This document shows positions 18,939 through 28,231 of a stretch of 64,000 bases of DNA, in pieces. The stretch lies in assembly GCA_963665275.2 (NCBI GenBank), contig CAXXIN010000007.1, forward strand, positions 672,001 through 736,000, read 5' to 3'. Position 1 is the first letter of the stretch, and each line of letters starts with the position of its first letter. Made by a program: the position numbers and the translations under genes. The DNA comes from Negativicutes bacterium (GTDB taxonomy: Bacteria; Bacillota; Negativicutes; UBA1444). The notes below the pieces were generated by a model. The model was not told the DNA's origin. It was given only the letters and a program-made list of their open reading frames with translations, and made no database searches.

Positions 18939-20279
18939 TCAATTCAACTCAGCCCTGATTGTGGAGGCCACTTGCTCTGCCAGGCGTTCGAGTTCAGTCA
19001 AGGTCGGGCCCTCCACCATGACCCTGATGAGCGGCTCCGTTCCCGAAGCCCGAACCAGAATTCGTCCTGATTCTCCCAGCGCCTTTTCAGCGCTTTCGAC
19101 AATCGCGGCAATACGGGGATTTTCCTCCCACCCGGCCTTGCTGCGTACGCGGATATTGACCAGCACCTGCGGGAAACGGGTCATGAGTTCTCCGAGTTGC
19201 GACAGTGGCAATCCACTGCGATGCATGGCTGCCAAAAGTTGCAGCGCAGTCATTAGCCCGTCGCCTGTCGTGCTGTATTCACCGAAAATGATGTGCCCGG
19301 ACTGCTCACCGCCCAGGGACAATCCATGTGTCTGCATGGCCTCCAAAACGTAGCGGTCGCCGACCGAAGTCACCATGACATTGCCGCCGGCCTTGCGGAT
19401 GGCCTGGTGCAGTCCGATATTGCTCATGACAGTCGTCACCAGTGTAGTTTGCTTCAAAGCATTGTTGCGGAGTAGTTCATTAGCCAAGATAACCATGATT
19501 TGATCGCCATCCACCATTTGCCCCTTTTCGTCGATAGCCAGGCAACGGTCTGCATCCCCGTCAAAGGCCAGGCCTAAATCGGCCCCCTGTGCAATAACAG
19601 CTGTCTGAAGCGATTCCATATGGGTCGACCCGCAGTGATCATTGATGTTAAAGCCGTCCGGTGCGGCGTGCAGGACGCTAAGTTTTATCCCCAGTTGGGA
19701 TAAAACAGCAGGCGCCGCTTCAAAAGAGGCTCCGTTGGCGCAATCGATCACCACATGCAACCCTGACAGTTTCTCACGGAGAGTACCGCAGAGAAACTCC
19801 TGATAAGCGCCGATTCGGTCATGCCGATAGGTAATAGCTCCGACAGCTTTGCCAGTGGGACGCGGCAAGGACTCCATGCCGCGGGCCACGATTTCTTCCA
19901 GCTCGTCTTCCACGGCGTCAGGTAATTTGTAGCCGCTTCCACTGAAAAACTTGATTCCATTATCGGCGAACGGATTATGGGAAGCCGAAATGACCACCCC
20001 GGCTGCGGCGTCAGACGTACTCGTCAACCAAGCCACTCCGGGCGTAGGAATGATGCCGAGGACCTCGGCATTGCCGCCGGCTGAGCAAATACCTGCACAC
20101 AGGGCTGCCTCCAGCATTTGACCGGAAACCCGGGTGTCCCGTCCAATCAGAAAGGTTGGTTTTTCATGTTCACGACCAAAATACCAGGCAGCCGCCCAGC
20201 CCAGCCGGAAAGCCAGCTCCGGAGTTAATTCCGTGTTGGCGAGTCCCCTCACTCCATCGGTGCCAAATAATCTTGCCAT
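18939..20279 (-). CDS. glmM: Phosphoglucosamine mutase
   Basis: LFGTDGVRG, ISASHNP, DGDADR and GEQSGH motifs. Confidence 0.97.
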   Translation of the reverse strand: MARLFGTDGVRGLANTELTPELAFRLGWAAAWYFGREHEKPTFLIGRDTRVSGQMLEAALCAGICSAGGNAEVLGIIPTPGVAWLTSTSDAAAGVVISASHNPFADNGIKFFSGSGYKLPDAVEDELEEIVARGMESLPRPTGKAVGAITYRHDRIGAYQEFLCGTLREKLSGLHVVIDCANGASFEAAPAVLSQLGIKLSVLHAAPDGFNINDHCGSTHMESLQTAVIAQGADLGLAFDGDADRCLAIDEKGQMVDGDQIMVILANELLRNNALKQTTLVTTVMSNIGLHQAIRKAGGNVMVTSVGDRYVLEAMQTHGLSLGGEQSGHIIFGEYSTTGDGLMTALQLLAAMHRSGLPLSQLGELMTRFPQVLVNIRVRSKAGWEENPRIAAIVESAEKALGESGRILVRASGTEPLIRVMVEGPTLTELERLAEQVASTIRAELN

Positions 20280-20309
20280 TCATTCTTCCCCCTGTGTTAT
20301 CGTTTATAA

Positions 20310-21929
20310 TTATTCCGGTTTATATTCGCACAAAATCGCATTTGCGGTATTCTGACCATCAAGGGCGGCGCTCATGATGCCACCGGCGTAGCCCGCACCC
20401 TCCCCCATAGGATATAGGCCGGACACATTGACCGATTCTCTGTTTTCACCCCGCAGAATCCTGAGCGGGGCAGAAGTCCGGGTTTCCACACCTGTCAGTA
20501 CAGCTCCGGGATGATTGAACCCTTTGATTTTTCGACCAAAATCCGGTAGCGCCCGCCGCAATGACCCTGAAACAAAATCCGGCAAACACTCATCCAGGTT
20601 GACGCTCTTCACACCGGGACCATATGTTGGCTGCGTCAGGAAGTTCGTTCCTCCCGAAGAACCCGTCATGAACTCGCCAACCGTCTGAACCGGAGCAAAA
20701 TAAGACCCACCGGCCACTGCGAACGCTTTTCTTTCATAATGGCGTTGAAATTCGACTCCATCCAGGACCCCGTTTCCATAATCTTCTGGGGTCACGTTTA
20801 CCGCGATGGCACTGTTGGCAGAACCGGAGGCGCGCTGATAATGGCTCATCCCATTTACAACAACGCCGCCAGCTTCCGACGCCGCGCCGATCACAACGCC
20901 GCCGGGACACATGCAAAAAGAATAAGCCGTTCGGCCAGCAAGCTTGTCATGAAACACCAAAGAGTAATCTGCCGCCCCCAGCTTGGGATGCCCTGCTGCG
21001 CGTCCATATTGGGATTGGTCAATCAATTCCTGTGGATGCTCAATGCGTACGCCGATGGAGAACGGCTTGGCTTCCATTGCTACACCACGGTGATGCAGCG
21101 CCAGATAGGTGTCCCGCGCACTGTGTCCGATGCCCAGCATCGCGACGTTGCAAGGAAGAACTGGACAATCATTGACATATATGCCAGTCAGTACTCCCGC
21201 TTCAATCCGGAAGTCCGTCACTGTTTGCCCGAATCGAACCTCGCCTCCCAACGATTCGATCTGCTGCCGAATGTTTTTCACAACCTGCCGCAGACGATCG
21301 GTTCCGATATGAGGTTTATACCAATATCTAATTTCAGGCGGCGCGCCAGCATCAACGAGAGTATTCAATACCTCATTCATCAGTCGGTCATGAACCCGTG
21401 TCGTCAGCTTGCCATCCGAAAAAGTCCCGGCGCCACCTGCACCAAACTGAACATTGGAGGTTTCATCCAAGATCCCTTTGTCCCAAAACTTCTGTACAGC
21501 CAACTGGCGTTGTTCAACGTCCGGACCCCTCTCAAGCACCAGTGGCCGATACCCGCGCTGTGCGAGTGCGAGCGCGGCAAACATACCGGCGGGCCCAAAG
21601 CCGATCACCACCGGTCTTTCCGCCAGCAGTCGGGTTCCTGTTTCAAATTCTGGCGGAGGTGATTGCTCCACTATGACGATATTTTTATCCTCACTCCAGT
21701 GTTGCTCCCATTTTTTCCCCGCATCCGGCACTTCGGTTTCAATAGTGTATACAAATGAAATCTTATCTTCGCGGCGGGCATCCAGTGCCTGCCTTACGAT
21801 CCGGAAATTTTTCAACTGTTGGCGCCCGATGCGCAAACGTGCAGAAACAAGGGTCTCCAGTGAAACTTTATCATCTATGGACACCCTTAAATTAGCCAAG
21901 CGCAAAATCTGAGGTACCTGTTTATTCAT
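20310..21929 (-). CDS. FAD/NAD(P)-dependent oxidoreductase of unknown substrate (COG2509-like)
   Basis: GFGPAG, GGAGTFSDGKL, GHSARD, FCMCPGG, GVETRTS and GEGAGYAGGIMSAA motifs. Likely ATG at 21929, just after the cdaR stop. Confidence 0.85.
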   Translation of the reverse strand: MNKQVPQILRLANLRVSIDDKVSLETLVSARLRIGRQQLKNFRIVRQALDARREDKISFVYTIETEVPDAGKKWEQHWSEDKNIVIVEQSPPPEFETGTRLLAERPVVIGFGPAGMFAALALAQRGYRPLVLERGPDVEQRQLAVQKFWDKGILDETSNVQFGAGGAGTFSDGKLTTRVHDRLMNEVLNTLVDAGAPPEIRYWYKPHIGTDRLRQVVKNIRQQIESLGGEVRFGQTVTDFRIEAGVLTGIYVNDCPVLPCNVAMLGIGHSARDTYLALHHRGVAMEAKPFSIGVRIEHPQELIDQSQYGRAAGHPKLGAADYSLVFHDKLAGRTAYSFCMCPGGVVIGAASEAGGVVVNGMSHYQRASGSANSAIAVNVTPEDYGNGVLDGVEFQRHYERKAFAVAGGSYFAPVQTVGEFMTGSSGGTNFLTQPTYGPGVKSVNLDECLPDFVSGSLRRALPDFGRKIKGFNHPGAVLTGVETRTSAPLRILRGENRESVNVSGLYPMGEGAGYAGGIMSAALDGQNTANAILCEYKPE

Positions 21930-21930
21930 T

Positions 21931-22851
21931 TCAAGGCCCTTGCCCAACAGTGATCCGCACCATTACGGTCTTGCGGTCAGCCGTCACACCCGATGGGAGT
22001 TGGAGGGGAACTTCCCTGGTAACATCTTTTGTTACCCCTGTCAAAGATACCGGTTCAGTCACGACGGCAGTAATTTTATCCAGTGCGTCTTTTGGACCCT
22101 TCAATTCAATCTTCAATGGCTCAGTAAATACCTTGCGCAAGAGAACCCCATCCGGCAAGTTGCCGATCAGAACAGTTTTGATATCAACAGTTTTTATAAC
22201 AGCCCCCGACTCCAAGTTTCCAGACACGGTAACCTGTGATGGTTCCACCGTCAGGCTCTTCATTTCCGCTCCATTAGGTCCCAGTAAAACAAGTTTTGAT
22301 GTAATGGAAAAAGCCGGCGTCTGTTCACGTATTTCCAGTGGCGCTACAACTTTATCTATTGAATCCAAAACACTCTGTGGGCCGGTAATAGTTGTCACTG
22401 CAGGTTTCACTTCCACCTTGCCAATCACCATCTGTGATGCGATCGGTCCCGACAAACGAGGCAGAATCGAGAATTGACGGGATCGGACTGCCTCTATCTT
22501 GACGGTAACCTTATCAGGCGTCACTTCAACCAGCTCATACCCGCCTGGTAAAGCTACCGCCACTGGCAGATTATATTGTCCAGTCGCCATTCCCTTCAAG
22601 TCAACCGTAGCGCGGAATTCTTTGACAGCCGCTCCGGCAATCGCATTGCGAAGGCCGCGCACCTTGACCCTGACCGTTTCCGGCGCCTCCATAACGACCA
22701 TTTTCTCCGAAAGATTCCTTGTGCTCAGCGCAACTTGAAAGGTCCCTTCAACCGGTGGATTTTGTTCGTTCATGACAAAAGTCCAAACGATCAGGGCCAC
22801 TAAAACCGCCAGCAGTTTAGGGAGCAGATTCCTGCCCAAAAAATAGTTCAT
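21931..22851 (-). CDS. cdaR: CdaR/YbbR-like regulator of diadenylate cyclase
   Basis: N-terminal TM helix plus repeated YbbR domains; overlaps the cdaA stop. Confidence 0.88.
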   Translation of the reverse strand: MNYFLGRNLLPKLLAVLVALIVWTFVMNEQNPPVEGTFQVALSTRNLSEKMVVMEAPETVRVKVRGLRNAIAGAAVKEFRATVDLKGMATGQYNLPVAVALPGGYELVEVTPDKVTVKIEAVRSRQFSILPRLSGPIASQMVIGKVEVKPAVTTITGPQSVLDSIDKVVAPLEIREQTPAFSITSKLVLLGPNGAEMKSLTVEPSQVTVSGNLESGAVIKTVDIKTVLIGNLPDGVLLRKVFTEPLKIELKGPKDALDKITAVVTEPVSLTGVTKDVTREVPLQLPSGVTADRKTVMVRITVGQGP

Positions 22852-23669
22852 TGCCGGCCATTCCTCCGATTGATATAATCACTCAGCCCCTGAGTCTTTG
22901 TCGAAAATAATTCTTCAAGCCGGGACTGCAGGGAGGTGAAATCCAGACGTCGTTCCAGTCGACCCCCGAGAGCAATGGAAATCAAACCGGTTTCTTCACT
23001 AACCACGATGACGATCGAGTCCGATTGTTCGCTAAGTCCAATAGCAGCGCGATGGCGCGTTCCCAATTCCTTGTCCAGTCCAGACCTTTCCGTCAACGGC
23101 AATAAGCAGCCCGCTGCCACCACCCGGTTTCCCCTGATGATCAGGGCTCCATCGTGCAGCGGCGTATTGGGCACAAAACAGTTGAGCAGCAATTCACTGG
23201 ACACCAGTCCGTCGATACGGATTCCGCTTTCCACATAATCATTCAACCCTGTTTCTCGTTCCACAACGATCAGTGCCCCGGTCTTGGTTTTGGACAAGGT
23301 CACAGCCGTTTTGGCCAGATCGCGAAACAATTGTGTCATTTCTTCTTCATTCAATCGTTTAGACTTGCCAAAAAAACGGCCCCTGCCGATATGTTCAAGT
23401 GCGCGCCTAAGTTCCGGCTGAAAAACGACCGGCAACGCAACCGCCACAACGGTCAGAGTCTTCCCCAGCAACCAATATAGCGCGTTCAAGTGGAGCCAGT
23501 TGCTGATCAGAGCCATCACCAGCACAACAAGCAGGCCCTTGAGCAAAGTCACAGCTCGGGTATCTTTGATCAATGCATATAGTTTGTATAGAACGAACGC
23601 CACGATCAAAACGTCGAGCAGATCGATCAGCCCAAAAGGCGGTATGAAGTTTCGAAACTGCTGGTCCAT
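22848..23669 (-). CDS. cdaA: Diadenylate cyclase CdaA
   Basis: Three TM helices, FQPELRRALE, LHDGA and GTRHRAA. Confidence 0.96.
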   Translation of the reverse strand: MDQQFRNFIPPFGLIDLLDVLIVAFVLYKLYALIKDTRAVTLLKGLLVVLVMALISNWLHLNALYWLLGKTLTVVAVALPVVFQPELRRALEHIGRGRFFGKSKRLNEEEMTQLFRDLAKTAVTLSKTKTGALIVVERETGLNDYVESGIRIDGLVSSELLLNCFVPNTPLHDGALIIRGNRVVAAGCLLPLTERSGLDKELGTRHRAAIGLSEQSDSIVIVVSEETGLISIALGGRLERRLDFTSLQSRLEELFSTKTQGLSDYINRRNGRQ

Positions 23670-23720
23670 TTTGCGTACACCCCATTATGAAGAATGTCCC
23701 GTTGGTTCGTTGTGGTATTA

Positions 23721-23750
23721 ATATTCGCCCTGCACCCTGCAAAACCCTTT
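23721..23750 (-). promoter_or_regulatory. Sigma-H-like promoter upstream of cdaA
   Basis: AAAGGGTTT-N12-GGCGAATAT, one mismatch to RNAGGAWWW-N12-RNNGAATWW. Confidence 0.4.
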
Positions 23751-23771
23751 GTTCTTTCGCAGACATAACGA

Positions 23772-23797
23772 AAGCCTCCCGCAGCTGCGGGAGGCTT
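23772..23797 (-). terminator. Terminator after ilvE
   Basis: Perfect 26-nt palindrome AAGCCTCCCGCAGCTGCGGGAGGCTT. Confidence 0.75.
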
Positions 23798-23811
23798 GAA
23801 ACCCCTTATGA

Positions 23812-24885
23812 TCAGAGTTTCGTAACCGTATTGACCCAGCCGTGATTGTCCGGCAGAGTCCCGTACTGTATCCCGGCAATTTCATCGAAGAATTTTTGTG
23901 CAGTTGGACCAGTCTTATTATTATTGATAATGAGTTTTTTGTTTTTCCATGAAAGTTCGCCGACAGGAGAAATGACGGCAGCCGTCCCTGATGCGAACAC
24001 TTCCTGCAGTGTCCCGTTCTCATGAGCAGCGAATACTTCATCAATGGAAATCTGCCGTTCCGATACCTTCATGCCCCATGCGCGGGCAAGCTCCAAGACG
24101 GTGCGACGGGTAATTCCCCCAAGAATGCTGCCGTTTAGCGCCGGTGTAATCAGTTCGTCGTTGATTTTGAAAAAGATGTTGCTGGTGCCAACTTCCTCGA
24201 TATACTTACGTTCAACACCATCCAGCCAGAGAACCTGAGAATATCCATCGTGCTTGGCCTCGATCTGGGCACGGAGACTTGCCGCATAATTTGCCGGAGT
24301 CTTGGCTTCACCAATGCCGCCCGGAACTGCACGCACGTATTTGTCTTCCACTCGGATCCCCACTGGATTAAATCCTTCCGCATAGTAGGTACCAGAGGGA
24401 GACAAAATAATGAACAGTTTAAAAGTATTGGAGCATCTCACGCCAACAAACGGATCGGTGGCAATGATGAATGGACGAATATAGATGGATGTACCCAATT
24501 TACCGGGTAAAAACCGTTTATCCACTTCCAGTAGTTTGAATAATCCGGCCTGGACCTGATCCACATCAGTGTTCGGAATACAGAGAATATCCGCAGAACG
24601 GTTGAACCGCTGCAGATAGTCCCGGATGCGGAATACCACCAGTCTGTCATCATGAGTCTTGAAGGCTTTGATTCCTTCAAAGATAGCCTGTCCATAATGC
24701 AGAACCATTGCGGATGGAAAGAGGTTGATTTCTTCGTACGGAACAATCCGTGGTGAATGCCACCCCTTATCCGTTTCGTAGTCCATCACGAACATGTGGT
24801 CGGTGAAATACGTGCCAAACCCTAGTTTTTCCTCATCGGGCATGGTACCCGGCCTGGTTGTTTTTTGGATGCTGATTTCTGTCAT
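23812..24885 (-). CDS. ilvE: Branched-chain amino acid aminotransferase
   Basis: LGFGTYFTDHMF, LHYGQAIFEGIKA, YIRPF, EEVGTSNIF and SGTAAVISPV. Confidence 0.95.
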   Translation of the reverse strand: MTEISIQKTTRPGTMPDEEKLGFGTYFTDHMFVMDYETDKGWHSPRIVPYEEINLFPSAMVLHYGQAIFEGIKAFKTHDDRLVVFRIRDYLQRFNRSADILCIPNTDVDQVQAGLFKLLEVDKRFLPGKLGTSIYIRPFIIATDPFVGVRCSNTFKLFIILSPSGTYYAEGFNPVGIRVEDKYVRAVPGGIGEAKTPANYAASLRAQIEAKHDGYSQVLWLDGVERKYIEEVGTSNIFFKINDELITPALNGSILGGITRRTVLELARAWGMKVSERQISIDEVFAAHENGTLQEVFASGTAAVISPVGELSWKNKKLIINNNKTGPTAQKFFDEIAGIQYGTLPDNHGWVNTVTKL

Positions 24886-24945
24886 ACCGTTACCCCCCAC
24901 TACCGCTTTCTTTTTATTGTGCGTAGGAATATCCTACTAAAGCCT

Positions 24946-24979
24946 AATTTTGTGAAACTCCCGAACATTTTGGAAAATT
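24946..24979. promoter_or_regulatory. Two tandem CodY-box-like sites in the ilvE leader
   Basis: AATTTTGTGAAACTC (3 mismatches) and ACATTTTGGAAAATT (4 mismatches) versus AATTTTCWGAAAATT. Confidence 0.4.
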
Positions 24980-25047
24980 AGAATATGGCCCCAACAATCC
25001 AGTACGATTGCAGCTGCTTTGCAGGCGAAATACTGCTGTTTGTAGAC

Positions 25048-25076
25048 ACTCTATCACTCTCGTCCACAAATGTCAA
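25048..25076 (-). promoter_or_regulatory. Sigma-A promoter of ilvE
   Basis: TTGACA-N17-TAGAGT with extended -10 TG. Confidence 0.7.
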
Positions 25077-25197
25077 CCAGCTTGCATATTGTATTCTTTT
25101 TTCCTTCTTTTGTGTAACGAGTTGTTTTGCGATAACTTTTTTGACACCATATAGTCTACGGATTTTGTTGGAGAGATACGCAGCGGTGTCTGTCGGC

Positions 25198-26508
25198 TTA
25201 GTGGCCTCCTGGCATTAACGGGACCGTCGTTCCAGCTTCAGTCATTATGGTAATGGAAAAATCATCCTTGCCAATTTTTTCTCTGGCAATTCGCATTGCT
25301 TCCGCCGCATCAGCGGCTGGAATCAATCCGGCATTGCGGACAAACTCCGCATTCTCAGGTTTAGTAACAATGATGAGAGAAATATTCTGTGCGATATAGG
25401 CAAATTTGAGGGCAATGAATCCTGGCACGGTGAAGCCTGCCCGCAGGGCGATCTCCCGATCATATTTGTCGACATATGTGAACCAGTTGCTGAAATCAGG
25501 CGGCTCTTTGATATCCCGGCATTCCAGGAAACAAATTGCAACACCACCGGGCTTGGTCGCCATGGCGGCATTATCAATAGTTTTCGAGCCCTGATAAAGG
25601 TTGATGTCGCGCGGATATCCCCCGGCAGAAGCCAGCACCAGATCCGCCTGTTGCTGGATAGGAATTCCGTAAATCCGTTCCACTTCCTTGCAACCGGCTT
25701 CCCATGCTTTATACCAGTGCCCGGCAAAAAACTTGGTAAACTTCCCTTGTGGATTATAGACCGCATTGAGCAGGAATGCTGGATTGAGAGCTGCCGCATG
25801 TTCAGTCATGTCTTCATGCATTTCGTTCCCATTGAGTTTACCTGAGACGCTGTTCACATTTAATCCCTTGCCGATTTCCTTGTGCAAGGCAAAGGTATGA
25901 TTTCCTTGTATGCTCTCATACGCACTGATTCCCGGCATGACCGCCTTGCGACCGCCACCGAATCCCGCCATCAGATGATAGACGATGCCGCTGGTCAGAA
26001 TCACTTTGTCGGCCTCGGCAACCCTGCGGTTTACGACAATTGGGACTCCGCGGGAAGTTTCGCCGATTTTAACGAGGTTTTCCTTGTCAAGAGAATTGTG
26101 TTGATATACTTTGACACGGTGACAGACCTCCTCGCCGCAAACCACGATATCTTCCGCCGCTGTATGCGGACGGTGTGCGCCAAGTGTGACTACAATGGAT
26201 ATATTGGCATCCTCCACGCCGGCAAAATTTAATTCATCAAGAACAACCGGTAAGAATTGGTCATGTTTGATCCAGGCTCTTGTAATATCGCCCACAGTGA
26301 TGACCACTTTGTCACCCGATGATACGACTTGCGCCAGGGGCAGCGTGCCAATCGGGTTACGCAGTGTTTCCCTGACAGCGGCAGGAATATCAATAATCTC
26401 CTCGGCCGAGTTCCCCTTAACATCATAAATTACATTTTCTGCGGGAAGTTCCACTTCCATGCTTCCTTCGCCGATACGAAAACTATAACTTTTCTTGCTC
26501 ATATACAT
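25198..26508 (-). CDS. LarA-family nickel-pincer-nucleotide-dependent racemase/epimerase
   Basis: GDITR, LGAHR, HLMAGFGGGRK, GNH and GGYPRDINLYQGSK motifs. Start at 26508 or 26502. Confidence 0.88.
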   Translation of the reverse strand: MYMSKKSYSFRIGEGSMEVELPAENVIYDVKGNSAEEIIDIPAAVRETLRNPIGTLPLAQVVSSGDKVVITVGDITRAWIKHDQFLPVVLDELNFAGVEDANISIVVTLGAHRPHTAAEDIVVCGEEVCHRVKVYQHNSLDKENLVKIGETSRGVPIVVNRRVAEADKVILTSGIVYHLMAGFGGGRKAVMPGISAYESIQGNHTFALHKEIGKGLNVNSVSGKLNGNEMHEDMTEHAAALNPAFLLNAVYNPQGKFTKFFAGHWYKAWEAGCKEVERIYGIPIQQQADLVLASAGGYPRDINLYQGSKTIDNAAMATKPGGVAICFLECRDIKEPPDFSNWFTYVDKYDREIALRAGFTVPGFIALKFAYIAQNISLIIVTKPENAEFVRNAGLIPAADAAEAMRIAREKIGKDDFSITIMTEAGTTVPLMPGGH

Positions 26509-26539
26509 CCTCCTGTACGCTTATTTATTTCTTTTGGGA

Positions 26540-27829
26540 TCAATATTTTTGGTATGACAAAACTGCTGCACAGCAAGCAGCAAACAGCGCCAATCCAACC
26601 AAAAACATCAAGCCGCCGACATAGCTTCCGGAAATGCTGATGAAAAAGCCCATGAGAACAGGTGAAAATGCCGATCCACCGTTGGAAACACCGTTCATCA
26701 TGCCAGCGCCGGCGCCAATCGCCTTACCGGGAACGATCTGTTGCACCAGCGCCCACGCCGGAGCAATGCCAAGACCAATGGAAGCAATACCAAAAGAAAT
26801 CAGTACAGCCGCTGTTGTATTGTCCGGGGCATATGCGCCAAAATAAATTCCTGCAGCGGCGCCGAGCATTGAGACGATGCAGATTGGAGCCCGCCGGCCC
26901 ATCTTGTCCGATATATATCCCGATGCCAGCACGCTGGCGATGCCAAGTACATAGGGAAGGGATGCAAAGGCGCCCATGGCGGCCCAGGAAAATCCACGGG
27001 CCACTTTGAGATAAGAGGGTAACCAGGCCATTGTACCCCAGAATATTGAGGCCAGACAGAAATAGTAAAGGGTCACCATCCAGAAGCGATAGTTAAAAAT
27101 AAAAACCTTCATACTTTCCCAAACCGTAGTGTGCCCAGCCAGCGCTTCCATCTCTTTTTCGGACTTCTGTCCTTCTTCAATCAGGTCACGTTCGGCCTTG
27201 TTCACACCTTTGTGCTCACGCGGGAAGTCCGTCGTAAAGAACCACAATAATATCAACGGGATCAAGCCAAATGCTACCAGAATGAAAAAGCTCATACGCC
27301 AGCCATAGGACTGGATGGCCCAAGTCAGAAAAGGCATGGCAATCGCCGGCCCTGCCATCAGTCCAACTACCCACACCGCATTGGCTTTGCCTCGCTCATG
27401 TGGTGGAAACCAGTTTTTAACATATTTACTTTGCATCGGCCAATGCATCCCTTCGCCAATCCCTAGGATCACCCGCGCCGCCAACATGATGGTAAAGGTT
27501 GAGGCAATGCCGCCGACAACAAGAGAAATACCCCATAAAAGAATAGATAAAGACATCGCTTTTCGTGGTCCCAGAATATCTCCAAGCGGACTGAGAAAAA
27601 CGTTAGAAAGTCCGTAAAAAATCAAAAACACAGTCATGAGCAAGCCCATTTGCATCGGCTGTCCTTTGATTCCCATTTCCGTAAGGAATGTATTATCGGC
27701 CAAAAGAACAGAAACATTTACCCGGTCTAGGTAGGCAATCAGCAAAGTCACCAATAAAATTAGAACAAGAATTACCCGCTGTCTCGTCGGCTTCATTTCA
27801 TCCACACCAATTGTCCCCTTTCCCTCCAT
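26540..27829 (-). CDS. MFS transporter, anion:cation symporter (sugar-acid/hydroxy-acid) type
   Basis: YLDRVNVS, LGIGEG..WP, WFPPHERG, WLPSYL, SDKMGRR; about 12 TM helices. Confidence 0.88.
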   Translation of the reverse strand: MEGKGTIGVDEMKPTRQRVILVLILLVTLLIAYLDRVNVSVLLADNTFLTEMGIKGQPMQMGLLMTVFLIFYGLSNVFLSPLGDILGPRKAMSLSILLWGISLVVGGIASTFTIMLAARVILGIGEGMHWPMQSKYVKNWFPPHERGKANAVWVVGLMAGPAIAMPFLTWAIQSYGWRMSFFILVAFGLIPLILLWFFTTDFPREHKGVNKAERDLIEEGQKSEKEMEALAGHTTVWESMKVFIFNYRFWMVTLYYFCLASIFWGTMAWLPSYLKVARGFSWAAMGAFASLPYVLGIASVLASGYISDKMGRRAPICIVSMLGAAAGIYFGAYAPDNTTAAVLISFGIASIGLGIAPAWALVQQIVPGKAIGAGAGMMNGVSNGGSAFSPVLMGFFISISGSYVGGLMFLVGLALFAACCAAVLSYQKY

Positions 27830-27876
27830 GAATTTACGTTCCCCCGAAATTTAGTTAAGTAGCTGAAAGATATGTG

Positions 27877-27886
27877 TTGTATACAA
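27877..27886. promoter_or_regulatory. Palindrome resembling a GntR/FadR-family operator
   Basis: TTGTATACAA lies between the promoter and the MFS start. Confidence 0.4.
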
Positions 27887-27989
27887 AATACTTATGAATG
27901 CAAAAAAATTATAGCTCCCATCGATCAGCCAACTCCCCTATCAACCCCTTCACTCAAGCGCACCCTATCCAGCGTATAGATTGTACGTT

Positions 27990-28018
27990 ATTCTATCGAT
28001 TATCCACGGTTTTGTCAA
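27990..28018 (-). promoter_or_regulatory. Sigma-A promoter of the MFS-larA unit
   Basis: TTGACA-N17-TAGAAT. Confidence 0.75.
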
Positions 28019-28146
28019 CATTATGTAACAATATTATGTAGCACGCAGTCTGAATGTGCAAAAATTCGCAACTAAACTTTGCTTTTTATTATCGCCCCCC
28101 ATGTTCCAGACTGATGGTTCTTTACATGAAGATTATTTCAAAACAC

Positions 28147-28186
28147 AAACCCCGCAGATGTTGAATTCTCAACACCTGCGGGGTTT
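28147..28186 (-). terminator. Terminator at the end of the arg operon
   Basis: AAACCCCGCAG...CTGCGGGGTTT stem with additional inner pairing. Confidence 0.75.
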
Positions 28187-28231
28187 TCGCCGTCGCAAAC
28201 GCAGATTTTTTTATTGGATCAGTGTTCCAGG

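Noticed and set aside
20739-21662. 307-aa + strand ORF
   Set aside because: Antisense to the FAD oxidoreductase; shadow ORF.
28000-28008. DnaA-box-like TTATCCACG in the MFS promoter spacer
   Set aside because: A single 8/9 match with no cluster; expected by chance.
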